Assembly (NCBI GenBank): GCA_034670305.1
Contig: JAXMNT010000015.1
Location: 1-64,000, forward strand
Length of the DNA stretch: 64,000 nt
Direction of reading: 5' to 3'
From: Deltaproteobacteria bacterium
GTDB lineage: Bacteria > Myxococcota_A > Polyangia > Polyangiales > Houyiibacteriaceae
The position numbers were made by a program, and so were the translations under genes. The notes below the pieces were generated by a model. It did not search any database and was not told the DNA's origin. It worked only from the letters and a program-made list of their open reading frames with translations. Numbering within the stretch: the stretch's first letter is position 1; each line of letters opens with the position of its first letter. Shown one piece after another: positions 10,589 through 21,713 of this stretch.

Positions 10589-12235
10589 TCAGTCGAGTTC
10601 GCGGTCGAACGCTTCGAGCCCCACGAGCCGCCCGTTCATCGTCGTCATGGGCGTCGTCATCGGCGTCGTCATCGGAACGACTTCGACCATGCGCGGGGGA
10701 TCCGGGTCGCGCTCCACCGCCATCGTCGGAGGCGTGGTCGTCATCACCGCCGTCTGCTGCGACGCGGTCTGCTGCATGGCGCTGACCATGCGCGGGCGCA
10801 TCGAGGGGCGCTCGACCATGCGAGGGGCCGCGATCTCGGGTGCCGCGACCATCTCGGTCGCGATCGGAACGGGCTGCGCCATCTCCACCATCGCGGGCGG
10901 ATCGACCTCAACGGGATCCGCGACCGGCTCAACCGTCGCTGCGGGCTCGAGCGTCGTCTCCGGCGGCGTCTCCGGCGGCGTGTCCGGCATCAGCAACGCC
11001 GAGCCCACGCCCACCCCCGCCCCGACCAGCACGATCGCCGCCACGATGAGCGGCGCGGGCAGACGGCGTTTGGGCGGCGCGACCATCAGGCTGCCGGGGG
11101 TCCGCGAGACGCCCGAGGCATCGATGTCGGAGACGCTGTCCAGCGAGCCCTGCATGCGCCCATGCATGTCGGTCGCGGAGACGTGGCTCGTCTCCTCCAC
11201 CAACTGGAAGGGCTGGGAGTTGTCGAGACCGCCCGAGTCGTCGCCCGAGAGCGTGACCTGAATGTTCTGGCGCATCTTCTCGAGCGCCACGCCACCCGCC
11301 GCCCGGACGAACTTGCCGATGTCGGTCGGAGAGGGGAGCTCGACGCCGCCCTTGCGCGCCGCCTCGCGCAATCGGAGCGCGAACTCCGATGCGGTGTCCG
11401 GCCGGTCGTCGACGCCGCGCTCGAGCGCCCAGAGCACCACCTCGCTCACTTGTTCCGGCACGTTCGACCGCACCTGGTGCGGCGGAAGAATCGGCATGTT
11501 CGCGACCCGCTCCATCGTCGCGAGCGGGTGCTCGGCCACGAAAAGGCGCTGGCCAGAGATCATCTCCCAGGCGACCACGCCGAGCGAGAAGAGGTCCGCC
11601 CGGCGATCGATCTGCTCGGAGCGAAGTTGTTCGGGCGCGCAGTAAGCGAACTTGCCCTTGATGCGGCCGGCGTCGGTCTTGGTCATGCGGAGCACCGCGC
11701 GGGCGACCCCGAAGTCGGTCAAACGCGCGCGGCCATCCACGCCGACCAGGATGTTCTGGGGAGACACGTCGCGGTGCACGATTTCGAGTGCCTCGCCGAT
11801 GGGGGTCGACGCTTCGTGCGCGGCATCGAGCCCCTGGGCCGCTTGCGCCACGAGTTCGATCGCGATGCCGAGCGGCACCACCCGCCGCACCTTGGCGGCT
11901 TCTTTCATGATGCGGCCGAGCGTCACACCGACCACCAGCTCCATCACGATGTAGAGCGCGCCTTCGGAGTCCCGCCCGAGATCGAGCGTCTGAACCACGT
12001 GCGGGCTGGAGATGTTCGCCGCGACCCGGGCCTCGTCGAGGAACATCGTGACGAACTCTTCGTCGTCCGCGAGCGTCGGCAGCATGCGTTTGACGGCGAC
12101 GAGTTTCTGGAACCCCGCCTCGCCGAGCACCCGCGCCGCATACACCTCGGCCATGCCGCCCGCCGCGATGCGGAACAGCAGCTCGTAGCGCCCCATGGTC
12201 CGGGGCGGTCCGTCTGCGCCAAGCGCCAAAGCCAT
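10589..12235 (-). CDS. Membrane-anchored Ser/Thr protein kinase
   Basis: GGMAEVY, VAVK, HRDVSPQN, DFG, GKFAYCAPE; TM segment then Pro/Thr/Met-rich tail. Confidence 0.95.
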   Translation of the reverse strand: MALALGADGPPRTMGRYELLFRIAAGGMAEVYAARVLGEAGFQKLVAVKRMLPTLADDEEFVTMFLDEARVAANISSPHVVQTLDLGRDSEGALYIVMELVVGVTLGRIMKEAAKVRRVVPLGIAIELVAQAAQGLDAAHEASTPIGEALEIVHRDVSPQNILVGVDGRARLTDFGVARAVLRMTKTDAGRIKGKFAYCAPEQLRSEQIDRRADLFSLGVVAWEMISGQRLFVAEHPLATMERVANMPILPPHQVRSNVPEQVSEVVLWALERGVDDRPDTASEFALRLREAARKGGVELPSPTDIGKFVRAAGGVALEKMRQNIQVTLSGDDSGGLDNSQPFQLVEETSHVSATDMHGRMQGSLDSVSDIDASGVSRTPGSLMVAPPKRRLPAPLIVAAIVLVGAGVGVGSALLMPDTPPETPPETTLEPAATVEPVADPVEVDPPAMVEMAQPVPIATEMVAAPEIAAPRMVERPSMRPRMVSAMQQTASQQTAVMTTTPPTMAVERDPDPPRMVEVVPMTTPMTTPMTTMNGRLVGLEAFDRELD

Positions 12236-12333
12236 ACGTCAGCGTAGCAGGTAGGGCGCCGCTGTACCGCAAGACCGCCGATCCGGCCGATCCGGGCGAC
12301 AACCTCGGCCCCATCCTGGCCCATCTGCGCCGG

Positions 12334-12804
12334 TCAGGGCGGGCAGCTCGGTCCGCCGGTCTGCCAGGCGCCATCGACACAGCGGCTCGTCGAGATGCAG
12401 CAGTCTCCGTAGCCGCACGCCTGGTCGGCCTGCTGACAGGGCGCGCCAGTCTCGGGGATCTGACCTGGGCACCCGTCGGGCCGCGTGGTCCCCGGTCCGT
12501 AGTTGCAGCGCCAGGTCGGCGGGCCGGGCGCCCAGTTGGGACCTGGGTCGATGCCGCCGCAGTAGCCCGTGGTGCCGCAGCTGCAGGTGCCTTCCGGGAA
12601 GGTGCACTCGGTGGCGGTCGCCGCATCGCAGTACCCGCCGCCCTGCGCGAACGACGCCGGGCACTCTCCCGAAGCCTGAGGCGTGGTGCCGTCGTTCTGG
12701 AGGCTCGTCGCGTTCCCCTCTCCGCCCGACGATGTCTCGTCCTCCGGAGACGAGGTCTGGCAACCGAAGAAACACACGACCAAAACAAGACGGGCGACGC
12801 GCAT
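12334..12804 (-). CDS. Small Cys-rich lipoprotein
   Basis: Signal ending FFGC; two CP....G..C....C modules. Confidence 0.65.
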   Translation of the reverse strand: MRVARLVLVVCFFGCQTSSPEDETSSGGEGNATSLQNDGTTPQASGECPASFAQGGGYCDAATATECTFPEGTCSCGTTGYCGGIDPGPNWAPGPPTWRCNYGPGTTRPDGCPGQIPETGAPCQQADQACGYGDCCISTSRCVDGAWQTGGPSCPP

Positions 12805-12852
12805 GCGTTTGCAGTACCAGCCGGATCGTCGCGGCCGCAAGCGTCTGCGGGT

Positions 12853-13617
12853 TCAACGCGTGGGTGGAGGCCCGACCAGATGCAGCGCGTACGGAAGTGG
12901 ACCACGCGGTGGCAGGTGCCCGGTCGGCCAACGCGCGCCGGTCGAAGGACCGCCGTCGAGGTTGAGGGCTTCTTCGCAGCCACCGGCCTGCAGCTGCGTG
13001 GCGAGTTCGAGCAAGGTCGGGCCCTCCCCTTCTTCCCCCGGCACGACGACGACCTCGAGCACCTGGCCGCCGCTCCGGATGCAGAGCGCGGTCCGCGCGG
13101 CGCGCCGGCCGCTCTCCGACTGGATGTTGATCTCGGAGTTCACGACGAGGCGCGGCCGGCCCTGAATGGCGAAGCGGGGCATCGCGGCTGGAACCTCGAA
13201 GATCTCTCCGTCGTGTTGTTCGAACCCCGCGTCACCGAACACGAGCACGCCACCGCCGAGCGAGCGGTCGTAGGACGCGACTTCGGCGCCGTCGACCACG
13301 AGCCACCCTTTCGGGCGCACTTCGCGATCGAAGAAGCCGCCGTTGACGACGACCCCTCGGCGGACCGCGGGCAGCCGGACGTTCTCTTCTTCGAACCGCA
13401 AGAGCGCGACGGAGACATCGGTTCCGAAACGCCACCGCGGCACGGTGGGCGGGGGCGCGACCAGCGGGGTGACGTTCGAGGGCGGTGGTTCGGGCTCTTG
13501 GCGGTGGACCTCGGGTTCGACGGCGCCGCCACAGCCGAACGAGCCCGCGAAGCACAGGGCAAGGACCCGCAAGGAGCGATGGATCGGCACTGGGGAGCGG
13601 CGGTCGGGAGACGTCAT
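12853..13617 (-). CDS. Phosphodiester glycosidase (NAGPA-like) family lipoprotein
   Basis: VNGGFF, RTALC, ALNLDGGPST motifs; start uncertain. Confidence 0.8.
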   Translation of the reverse strand: MTSPDRRSPVPIHRSLRVLALCFAGSFGCGGAVEPEVHRQEPEPPPSNVTPLVAPPPTVPRWRFGTDVSVALLRFEEENVRLPAVRRGVVVNGGFFDREVRPKGWLVVDGAEVASYDRSLGGGVLVFGDAGFEQHDGEIFEVPAAMPRFAIQGRPRLVVNSEINIQSESGRRAARTALCIRSGGQVLEVVVVPGEEGEGPTLLELATQLQAGGCEEALNLDGGPSTGARWPTGHLPPRGPLPYALHLVGPPPTR

Positions 13618-13681
13618 GCTAGAGAGGGTCGGCGAGTCGAAGCACGCGCTTCGAAAACAACGCCGCAGGACGAAGGATTCC

Positions 13682-14533
13682 ATGTCGCACTGGTACGAAG
13701 AAGAGTTTCAAGCCACCCGACTCTCGCTCGAGGTCACGAGGAGCGTCTTCAAGGGCAAGAGCGAGTTCCAGACCGTCGAGGTCTTCGACACGGTGGCCTA
13801 CGGCCGCGCGCTGGCGATCGACGGCGTGTTCATGACCAGCGAAAAGGACGAGTTCCACTACCACGAGCTGCTCTCGCACCCGGCGATGTTGACCGCGTCC
13901 GATCCGAAGCGGGTGCTGGTCATTGGCGGCGGCGACGGTGGCACGGTGCGCGAAGTGCTTCGTCATCCGGGCGTCGAGCAGTGCGTGATGATCGAGATCG
14001 ACGAACTCGTCGTGACCGCGTGCAAACAACACATGCCGATGATCGGAACCGCGTGGGACGACCCGCGCCTCGATGTGCGCTTCGCCGACGGCATCGACTA
14101 CGTGAAGAACTCGGACGAAGAAGCGTTCGACGTCATCTTGCTCGACGGCACCGATCCGATCGGCCCGGGCGAAGTGCTCTTCGGCATGCCGTTCTTCCGG
14201 GGCTGCAAGCGCATGCTCAAACCGGGCGGCGTGATGGCGCTCCAGTCCGAGACCCCGATGTTGATGCGCGACGTGTTCTTCGAGACCCAGAAGAAGCTCG
14301 GCGAGCTCTTCGAGAAGGTGCACCCCTACTTCGGGCCAGTGCAGCTCTACCCATCCGGGATCTGGAGCTGGACCTGGTGTTCGGACACCCAGGACCACCG
14401 CGCGCCGGACGAGACGCGGGCCGCGGCCATCGTGCCCGCCTGTACCTACTACAACCTCGACATCCACCATGGCGCGTTCGCGCAGCCGAACTACGTGCGG
14501 CAGGGCCTCGCGTCGCTTCGGGAAGAAGGCTGA
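13682..14533 (+). CDS. speE: Spermidine synthase (polyamine aminopropyltransferase)
   Basis: [32 protein letters not shown]. Confidence 0.95.
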   Translation: MSHWYEEEFQATRLSLEVTRSVFKGKSEFQTVEVFDTVAYGRALAIDGVFMTSEKDEFHYHELLSHPAMLTASDPKRVLVIGGGDGGTVREVLRHPGVEQCVMIEIDELVVTACKQHMPMIGTAWDDPRLDVRFADGIDYVKNSDEEAFDVILLDGTDPIGPGEVLFGMPFFRGCKRMLKPGGVMALQSETPMLMRDVFFETQKKLGELFEKVHPYFGPVQLYPSGIWSWTWCSDTQDHRAPDETRAAAIVPACTYYNLDIHHGAFAQPNYVRQGLASLREEG

Positions 14534-15420
14534 TGCCAGGCGGCCTCGGCGCACCGAACGCACTCGACCGCGCCGCGCATCGTCGGAGCGACGAGGCATG
14601 GCTCACAGCCAAGATCGCCGACCCACAGTCGCAGTTCGTTCCGATCTGGCGCAACCGGTCGCTGGTCTCCGCGGAGCGGCCGCCGGTCATGGTCCGGACG
14701 GACGGTGAAGCGATCGCCACCGTGCTGGGCCGCCCGCCCCAGCTCGCGGACGTAGTCTTCTTGGGCGTGGACGGGGAGGTGGCGCACTTCGCGATCGACC
14801 TGAGCCCGCTCGACGAACCGGCATTCGAAGACGCCAAGTTCCGAGACTTGCGCATGGTCGGCGCGTTCATGGCGATGACCGAGTTCACGCCGCTGGCCTA
14901 CGCGCGTGGCATCACCCGCTTCGAACGGAAGACGAAGTTCTGCGCGGCGTGCGGCGGTGCGCTGACCACCACGCGCGCCGGGTTCGCCAAGCGGTGCGCG
15001 GGTTGCGACCAAGAGACGTTTCCGCGCGTCGACCCGGCGGTGATGATGCTGGTGACCTTCGAAGACCGCTGCTTGCTCGCGCGACAGGCGGGGTTCCCGC
15101 CCGGCATGGTCTCGGCGCTCGCAGGGTTCGTGGAGCCTGGCGAATCGGTCGAAGCCTGTGTGCACCGCGAAACACTCGAAGAAGTCAGCCTGCCGCTGCG
15201 CAACGTGTCGTACGTCGCCTCGCAGGGGTGGCCCTTCCCGCAGTCGTTGATGATCGGCTACCGATGCGAAGCCGAACACGACGCGTTCGCGCTCGACGAA
15301 GACGAACTCGAAGCCGGCCGCTGGTACACCCGCGACGAGCTGCGCACCCCGAAGGGGTTCTTCTACCCGCCGCCGATGTCGCTCGCGCATCGGTTGATCC
15401 AAGCGTTCCTGAACGAATAG
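14533..15420 (+). CDS. nudC: NAD(H) pyrophosphatase NudC
   Basis: FCAACG...CAGC zinc ribbon, FPRVDPAV, Nudix AGFVEPGE....[21 protein letters not shown] overlap. Confidence 0.95.
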   Translation: MPGGLGAPNALDRAAHRRSDEAWLTAKIADPQSQFVPIWRNRSLVSAERPPVMVRTDGEAIATVLGRPPQLADVVFLGVDGEVAHFAIDLSPLDEPAFEDAKFRDLRMVGAFMAMTEFTPLAYARGITRFERKTKFCAACGGALTTTRAGFAKRCAGCDQETFPRVDPAVMMLVTFEDRCLLARQAGFPPGMVSALAGFVEPGESVEACVHRETLEEVSLPLRNVSYVASQGWPFPQSLMIGYRCEAEHDAFALDEDELEAGRWYTRDELRTPKGFFYPPPMSLAHRLIQAFLNE

Positions 15421-15425
15421 CCAGA

Positions 15426-15563
15426 GCCTCGGCTTCGGCTTCGGCGTCGGCTTCGGCGTCGGCCTCGGCTTCGGATTCGGCTTCGGCGTCGGCTTCGGGA
15501 TCGGCGTCGGCGTCGGCTTCGGGATCGGCGTCGGCTTCGGCCTCGGCTTCGGCCTCGGCCTCG
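15426..15563 (+). repeat. Intergenic (NNNCGG)n hexamer tract between convergent genes
   Basis: cttcgg/cgtcgg/cctcgg/gatcgg units. Confidence 0.95.
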
Positions 15564-15566
15564 CCG

Positions 15567-15971
15567 CTACTCGTCGCGGACCTCGTTCACCGTGCCGTAG
15601 CCAGCGGTGACGAAGAGCGCCGTGCACGAGCCCTCGACGGTCGCGGTGTGCCAGACCCCGCGCGGGTTGATCGCGCCTTGGCCAGCCTTCATCGGGATCT
15701 CCGTCCGCACACCATCGACCTCCTGGATCAAGGTCATGGACCCCGCGATCACATAGACGAGCTCGGCGCCCTCGGGGTGCATCTCCCAGGTGCTCCAGTC
15801 GCTGTCGAAGGAGTGCACGGCGACCAAGCGGCCCTCCACCCCGTCCTCGGAGTGGTTCTTGCCGTAGGTCTGGTACCACTGTGGGGTGCCATCGAACGAC
15901 GGCAGGACGACGGCGGTGGCGCCGAGGCCGAGGTGGACGGGGTGTTCGCCAAGATCGAAGGGTTCGGTCAT
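15567..15971 (-). CDS. Cupin domain protein
   Basis: [16 protein letters not shown] and NPRGVWH cupin motifs. Confidence 0.9.
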   Translation of the reverse strand: MTEPFDLGEHPVHLGLGATAVVLPSFDGTPQWYQTYGKNHSEDGVEGRLVAVHSFDSDWSTWEMHPEGAELVYVIAGSMTLIQEVDGVRTEIPMKAGQGAINPRGVWHTATVEGSCTALFVTAGYGTVNEVRDE

Positions 15972-16042
15972 GCGCGGAGCATACGTCGATCCAGGGGGCG
16001 GTTGAGGTTGAACCGCGGGCGGCGTTCTTGCACCGTGCGGGC

Positions 16043-17020
16043 ATGGGTAAAGCAGTACGGATTCAGGGATCGGGCGGACCGGAAGTGCTCTCGATCGAAG
16101 GCTACGAGTGTCGACACGCGGGACCCGGCGAGGTGCGGGTCTCGGTGGCCGCCGCGGGGTTGAACCGGGCGGACTGCCTTCAGCGGCGCGGGTTCTATCC
16201 GGCGCCACCAGGCGCACCCAAGGACATCCCCGGTCTCGAGTTCGCCGGGACCGTCTCGGACGTCGGCGAAGGCGCACGCTGGTCGGTTGGCGATCGGGTG
16301 ATGGGCATCGTGGCCGGTGGCGCGATGGCCACCGAGTTGGTCGTGCACGGCCGCGAGCTCATCCCGGTGCCCGCGAACTTGGAGTTGCACGCCGCCGCGG
16401 CGTTGCCCGAAGTGTTCGCGACCGCGCACGATGCGCTCTTCGGTCACGCGCGGCTGCGCATGGGCGAGACGGTGCTCGTGCATGCGATCGCGAGCGGGGT
16501 CGGCACCGCCGCGCTGCAGCTCGCGCACAGCGTGGGGGCCCGCGTGGTCGGGACATCGCGCTCGACCGAGAAACTCGATCGCTGCGCCGAACTCGGTCTG
16601 GAGTTCGCCGTGAACACCCGCTCGGGGTCGTTCGCGAAAGAGGTCGCCGCCCTCGCCCCAACGGGGTGCGATGTGGTCCTCGACACCATCGGCGCGAAGT
16701 ACCTCGAAGAGAACCTACAGGTGCTGGCCCGCCAGGGACGCATCGTGACGCTCGGACTGCTGGGCGGGGCCAAGGGCGAGATCAACCTCGGTGCGCTGCT
16801 GGCCAAACGTGCCACGTGGATGGGCTCGGTGTTGCGGGCCCGCCCGCTCGAAGAGAAGGCGGGCCTCGCCCAGATCTTCCGTCGCGAGATGGTGCCGCTC
16901 TTCGAACGGGGCGCGCTGGTCCCGGTGGTGGATGCGGTGCTGCCGATGGAGGAGGTCGCCGAAGCGCACCGGCGCATGGACCACAACGAGACGTTCGGAA
17001 AGATCGTCCTGACCTGGTAG
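16043..17020 (+). CDS. NAD(P)H-quinone oxidoreductase (zeta-crystallin/PIG3 MDR family)
   Basis: [36 protein letters not shown]. Confidence 0.92.
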   Translation: MGKAVRIQGSGGPEVLSIEGYECRHAGPGEVRVSVAAAGLNRADCLQRRGFYPAPPGAPKDIPGLEFAGTVSDVGEGARWSVGDRVMGIVAGGAMATELVVHGRELIPVPANLELHAAAALPEVFATAHDALFGHARLRMGETVLVHAIASGVGTAALQLAHSVGARVVGTSRSTEKLDRCAELGLEFAVNTRSGSFAKEVAALAPTGCDVVLDTIGAKYLEENLQVLARQGRIVTLGLLGGAKGEINLGALLAKRATWMGSVLRARPLEEKAGLAQIFRREMVPLFERGALVPVVDAVLPMEEVAEAHRRMDHNETFGKIVLTW

Positions 17021-17082
17021 GCGCGCTCCTGGCCGAGGCGAACTCGCTCGGTCCGAGCGGACGACCGGTGTACGGTGGCGCC

Positions 17083-17454
17083 ATGTGGAAGCTGATCCTG
17101 GTCGGATGTCTCCTCCTGAACGCGTGCGGCGGGGACGAACGGTACGCGGGCGCGGAGCACGCAGTGCGGCTGGCGTCGCGGGCGCTTGTGGACGTCGAGA
17201 CGAGTGGCGGCGAAGACCCTGACCTACAGCAGGCGCTTCAGGAGAGTCACGACTGGCTCGAGCCCGCCGAGACGGCGATCGAACTGTGGAGCGAGGGCGG
17301 CGACGTCGCGTTCGACCGAGTCGCGCCTTGCCTGGGGGTCGCGCTGACCTCGGTCCGTGAACGACTCGCGACCCTGGAGCGCGAGATCCCGCCATCCCTG
17401 GAACAAGCCGAAGCGGAGACGCTGCAAGCCAGCGAAGAAGGCTGTCAGCGGTAG
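17083..17454 (+). CDS. Small hypothetical lipoprotein
   Basis: MWKLILVGCLLLNACGG lipobox; helical acidic body. Confidence 0.65.
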   Translation: MWKLILVGCLLLNACGGDERYAGAEHAVRLASRALVDVETSGGEDPDLQQALQESHDWLEPAETAIELWSEGGDVAFDRVAPCLGVALTSVRERLATLEREIPPSLEQAEAETLQASEEGCQR

Positions 17455-17464
17455 CAACGGTTGG

Positions 17465-18379
17465 CTAGTGGCCGGCCGGCGGAACCGAGTCGCCGTTCTC
17501 TTTTTCGCGGCCGAACATGGTCGTGCCCGGCGGCACGGACTCGACGAGCCAGACGTTGCCGCCGATCACCGAGCCCTCGCCGATGACGGTGTCGCCCCCG
17601 AGAATGGTCGCGCCCGCGTAGACGGTCACGCGATCCTCCAGCGTCGGGTGCCGCTTGCTGCGTCCGCCCCGGCCCTTGGCCGAAAGCGCGCCGAGCGTCA
17701 CGCCCTGGTAGAGCTTCACGTCGCGCCCGATGACCGCGCTCTCGCCGATCACCACGCCCGTCCCGTGGTCGATGAAGAAGCGCTCGCCGATCTTGGCGCC
17801 CGGGTGGATGTCGATGCCAGTGCGGCTGTGCGCGTGTTCGGTGAGGATGCGCGGGATCATCGGCACCTTCATCGTCCACAGTTCGTGCGCGAGCCGGTAG
17901 GCGGTGATGGCCGCCACCGAGGGGTAGCTGAACACGATCTCTTCGATGCCGCGCGCCGCGGGGTCTCCGTCAAAGGCGGCTCGAAGATCGGTGTTGAGCA
18001 CCCGGCGGATTTCAGGGATCAACGCGAAGAGCTCGAGGACGATGTCCTCGCCCGCGCCGGGATCCGGACAGTCCCGACTCTCCCCGTGCCAGTGCTCGTA
18101 GGTGAGCGCGCGCTCGATCTGATCGAGCAGGATGTCGTGCGCGCGATAGAGGTGTTCGGCCAGCGCGTGCCGCAGGTTGTCTTGGGTGAGCTCGCGAGTC
18201 GCGAAGAACCCCATGTACAGCACCGGCTCGAGTTCCCGCAGCGCCTCGACGCAGCGCCGCTTGTTCGGCAGCGCGGCGCTCTCGAGGTTGTTGATGGGTT
18301 CGTCCGCATCCGCGTAGCTCTCGGCGATCGCGTCGATCGTCTCTTCGAGGGCTTTGTACTGGGTCGGGCGCTTGACCAT
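17465..18379 (-). CDS. cysE: Serine O-acetyltransferase (long EpsC-type)
   Basis: GDPAA, YRLAHEL, TGIDIHPGA.IG..FFIDHGTGVVIGE, KRHPT; start 18379 or 18385. Confidence 0.95.
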   Translation of the reverse strand: MVKRPTQYKALEETIDAIAESYADADEPINNLESAALPNKRRCVEALRELEPVLYMGFFATRELTQDNLRHALAEHLYRAHDILLDQIERALTYEHWHGESRDCPDPGAGEDIVLELFALIPEIRRVLNTDLRAAFDGDPAARGIEEIVFSYPSVAAITAYRLAHELWTMKVPMIPRILTEHAHSRTGIDIHPGAKIGERFFIDHGTGVVIGESAVIGRDVKLYQGVTLGALSAKGRGGRSKRHPTLEDRVTVYAGATILGGDTVIGEGSVIGGNVWLVESVPPGTTMFGREKENGDSVPPAGH

Positions 18380-18474
18380 GCCCATCACCTGTAGCGCCCG
18401 GTGACGGCCCGGCAAGTCGGGGCGGCGCAACGACCGGTCGTGCTTCGGGCGCGGCCTGCTAAAGCCCGGGCCAC

Positions 18475-19824
18475 GTGTCTGCCCTCCTCATTCGCGCGGA
18501 GCTGAAACCCACCCTGCGCCTGGCGTTTCCTCTGATCGTGCTGCAACTGGCCCAGTCGGCCATCGGGGCGGTGGGTACGGCGATCGTCGGTCGGGTCAGC
18601 GAGGCGGACCAGGCGGTCGTGGGGCTCGGCAACGCGCTCTACTTCGCGGTGACGGTGCTGGGACTGGGCCTGGTGCTGGGGTTCGACCCGTTGCTCGCGC
18701 AGGCGGTCGGCGCCCGCGAACATGGCCGGGCGCGGGGCCTGTGCGCGCAGGCCGGCTGGCTCTCGATGCTCGCCGGCATTCCGCTCGGGCTCGTGGTCGC
18801 CGCGATCGCATTCGCCATCCCCGCCTTCTGGCTCGAGGATGCGAGCGGTGTGATGTCGCGGGACTATCTGCTCGCCCGGCTCCCCAGCATCTTCCCCTTC
18901 CTCGCCGCCGCGGCCGCCCGCGCATACTTGCAGGCGACCGACTTCACCCGGCCTCTGCTCTGGAGCGCGCTCATCGCCAACGTGGTCCACGCGCCCCTCG
19001 CCTGGTGGCTCGCCATCGACTGCGAGATGGGCGCGGTCGGCACCGCATGGGCGGTCAGCATCGCGAACATGTTCATGGCCGGGGTGCTGGTCTTCGCCGT
19101 CTACGGAAAGCTGCAAGCCAAAGACGCGCCCTCCGAGATCCCGCTCGCACGACCGCATGGGCCCACGTTCCGCAAGGCGCTGCGGCTCGGCACGCCGCTC
19201 GGTCTTCAGCTCTTCGCGGAGGTCGGCGTCTTCACCATCGTCACCGTGCTCTGCCGCGTGCTCGGCGAGCGGGTGATCGCCGCGCACCACGTCGCCCTCA
19301 CCCTCGCGTCCCTCTCGTTTCAGATCACCCTCGCCATCGGCGCCGCCGCAGCGGTTCGGGTCGGCCACGCGGTGGGCAACGCAGACCATTCCGTGGGCGT
19401 GGATCTTCGACCGCGGTACGCGGGGTTGGCCGCGGTGGCTTCTGGGCTGACGATCAGCCTGACTGCGTCCATCCTCTTCGTGACGATCCCCGGCCCGCTC
19501 GCCTCCGTGCTGACCGACGACCCGGACGTCATCGCGGCGGCGGTGCCGCTCATCCTGGTGGCGAGCGCGTTCCAGTTGGTCGATGGCGCGCAGGCGATCG
19601 GCGCAGGCGCGCTGCGCGGGGCCGGCGACACGACCATGACCTTCTGGGTCAACGCGCTCGGTCACTACGCGGTCGGCCTCCCGGTCGGATTGGTGCTCGC
19701 GTTCGTATTCGACTGGGGCGCCGTCGGGCTGTGGTGGGGACTGAGCGCGGGTCTGAGCATGGTGGCGATCGCACTCGTGTACCGGTTCCACCGGCTGAGC
19801 CTGCGACCGATCCAGCGCGCCTGA
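18475..19824 (+). CDS. MATE family efflux transporter
   Basis: About 12 TM; LAFPL, QAVGA, RVGHAVG, FQLVDG.Q....GALRGAGDT. Confidence 0.92.
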   Translation: MSALLIRAELKPTLRLAFPLIVLQLAQSAIGAVGTAIVGRVSEADQAVVGLGNALYFAVTVLGLGLVLGFDPLLAQAVGAREHGRARGLCAQAGWLSMLAGIPLGLVVAAIAFAIPAFWLEDASGVMSRDYLLARLPSIFPFLAAAAARAYLQATDFTRPLLWSALIANVVHAPLAWWLAIDCEMGAVGTAWAVSIANMFMAGVLVFAVYGKLQAKDAPSEIPLARPHGPTFRKALRLGTPLGLQLFAEVGVFTIVTVLCRVLGERVIAAHHVALTLASLSFQITLAIGAAAAVRVGHAVGNADHSVGVDLRPRYAGLAAVASGLTISLTASILFVTIPGPLASVLTDDPDVIAAAVPLILVASAFQLVDGAQAIGAGALRGAGDTTMTFWVNALGHYAVGLPVGLVLAFVFDWGAVGLWWGLSAGLSMVAIALVYRFHRLSLRPIQRA

Positions 19825-19830
19825 CGGCCT

Positions 19831-21303
19831 CTACCTGTGGAGGCGGGTGGCCACGAGTGCGCCCCGAATCAGTTGCTCGCGGAGCATGCGCCGCAGCACC
19901 TTCTGGGAGCGACCGACCGGCAACGCCTCCACCTCGACGCACTCCCGCGGACGTTTGGATCCAGACAGGCGCGCTCTCAGAAACGCATCGAGGCCGCTGC
20001 GATCAAAGGTGGCGTCGGCGACGACGACCGCGACGACCTCTTCCCCGAGCACCGCGTCCGGCCGACCCACGACCGCGACCTCGCGCACGCCGGGGTAGGA
20101 CGCGACCACGTCTTCGACTTCCGCGGGATGCACGTTGTGGCCGCCTCGCAGAATCAGGTCCTTGGCGCGACCGACCAGGGTGAGTCGGCCTTCGCTGTCC
20201 ACGTGCCCGAGGTCGCCGGTGCGCAGCCAGCCTTCGAAGGGCGGTTCGCCTTCGTAGCCGTCCATCAGGTTGTCGCCGCGGACGAGGACCTCGCCAGCCT
20301 CCACCCGAAGTTCGACGCCCGGGACAGGCCGGCCGACGGTGCCCGGTGCGGGCGGGGCGGGCGGCGCGTCGAGGGTGCAGAAGGTGGCTTCGGTCAGGCC
20401 GTAGCCCTGACGGACCGGCGCACCGAGCCGACGTTCCGCGCGCAGGCGCACGTCTTCGGTCAGCGGCGCACCCGCGCTGAGCGCCCACTTCAAAGTGCCC
20501 CAGGGCCGCCCCTCCACCTCGGCCCAGCGCGCGAACATCGTCGGCACACCCGCCATCCACGTGACGCCCGCGCGGCGACACCGGTCAATGCTCCGCGACG
20601 CGTCGAAGTCCGGTTCGATCTCCACCCGCGCGCCCACCGCGAGCGGCGCGAGCGCGGTCATCCGGATGCCGAACGAGTGCGCGAGCGGCAGCGTCGCGAG
20701 GACCACGTCGTCGGGGCCGAGACCGAGTACGCCGGGCCGCTCCGGCGTACCCGCGAGCGCTTGCGTGTGCCGGAGAAGCGCCCGGTGGCCAATGCGCACG
20801 ATGCGCGCGTCGCGGGTGGTGCCGGAGGTGAAGAGCAACATGGCCACACCGTCGGGCGCGGGCACCGCCTGGAGCTCCGGATCGTCGACGGGTTCGGCCT
20901 GCGGATCGAACAACCGGTCCAGACGAAGGCTCTCGAGTTCGGCGCCGTGTTCAGCGACGTGCGCTTGGTCGACCAGCAGCAGACGAAGGGCCACCCGCTC
21001 CGCGTCGCGTGCGACCTCGGCGGCGGTGGCTCGGGTGGACAGGGGCACGACGGTCGCTCCGCGCGCCACGACCGCCAACCACGCCGCCACCACATCCGGC
21101 GACCCGTCCGCCAGCAGGCCGACCCGGTCGCCGGGCTGGACGCCGCGCGCGGACAACCCCTTGACCATGGCGGCGACGCGGGCCTCCAGCTGCGCGTAGT
21201 CGAGCGCCTCGTCGGCCGAGACGAGCGCGACGCGCTGGGTTTCGAACCGACAGCACTGGGCGTGTCTCCGAGCCGCATCCAAGATCCACGCGGCGACGTT
21301 CAC
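19831..21303 (-). CDS. Class I adenylate-forming enzyme (acyl-CoA synthetase)
   Basis: LFTSGTT, LPLAHSFG, GYGLTE, RTGDLG, R.KDLI.RGG.NV.P.EVE. Confidence 0.9.
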   Translation of the reverse strand: MNVAAWILDAARRHAQCCRFETQRVALVSADEALDYAQLEARVAAMVKGLSARGVQPGDRVGLLADGSPDVVAAWLAVVARGATVVPLSTRATAAEVARDAERVALRLLLVDQAHVAEHGAELESLRLDRLFDPQAEPVDDPELQAVPAPDGVAMLLFTSGTTRDARIVRIGHRALLRHTQALAGTPERPGVLGLGPDDVVLATLPLAHSFGIRMTALAPLAVGARVEIEPDFDASRSIDRCRRAGVTWMAGVPTMFARWAEVEGRPWGTLKWALSAGAPLTEDVRLRAERRLGAPVRQGYGLTEATFCTLDAPPAPPAPGTVGRPVPGVELRVEAGEVLVRGDNLMDGYEGEPPFEGWLRTGDLGHVDSEGRLTLVGRAKDLILRGGHNVHPAEVEDVVASYPGVREVAVVGRPDAVLGEEVVAVVVADATFDRSGLDAFLRARLSGSKRPRECVEVEALPVGRSQKVLRRMLREQLIRGALVATRLHR

Positions 21304-21394
21304 TCGCCGAGTGTGCGACGCGACAAACCCCGCCGCAATCGCAGGCAGGGTCGGTGTCGGGTCGGGTTCGACGGGCTTCGCCGTCTTGGGAGGC

Positions 21395-21583
21395 TCAGCC
21401 CGTGGCGCGTTTGAACACGAACATCACGACCTCTTCGTCGTGGTCGTCTTCGGGACTCTCGTCGCGGGTCATGCCCACGAGTTCCCACCCCTTCGCACCG
21501 CGCTTGTTGAGTTCTTTGAGAATGCCCGTGGTGGCCATGCCGTGGCCCCACTGGGTGGTGTAGATGTCGTACTCGAATGCCAT
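21395..21583 (-). CDS. Small DUF4177-like protein
   Basis: FEY...LN..G..GWELV...FKR pattern; GGAG SD upstream. Confidence 0.75.
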   Translation of the reverse strand: MAFEYDIYTTQWGHGMATTGILKELNKRGAKGWELVGMTRDESPEDDHDEEVVMFVFKRATG

Positions 21584-21615
21584 GGTGTTCTCGCTCCGTT
21601 GAGGTTGCGAGGGGT

Positions 21616-21645
21616 GGGGTATCCGCCCCCAAGGCGCAGCGTCAA
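21616..21645 (-). promoter_or_regulatory. Candidate sigma70 promoter for the DUF4177 gene
   Basis: TTGACG-18 nt-TACCCC on minus strand. Confidence 0.4.
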
Positions 21646-21713
21646 GCGTTTCTGTGGGTGGTCTCCGACGTCCAGACGCCGGCGACCTGGCACCGACCCC
21701 TCGCGGGCGATGA

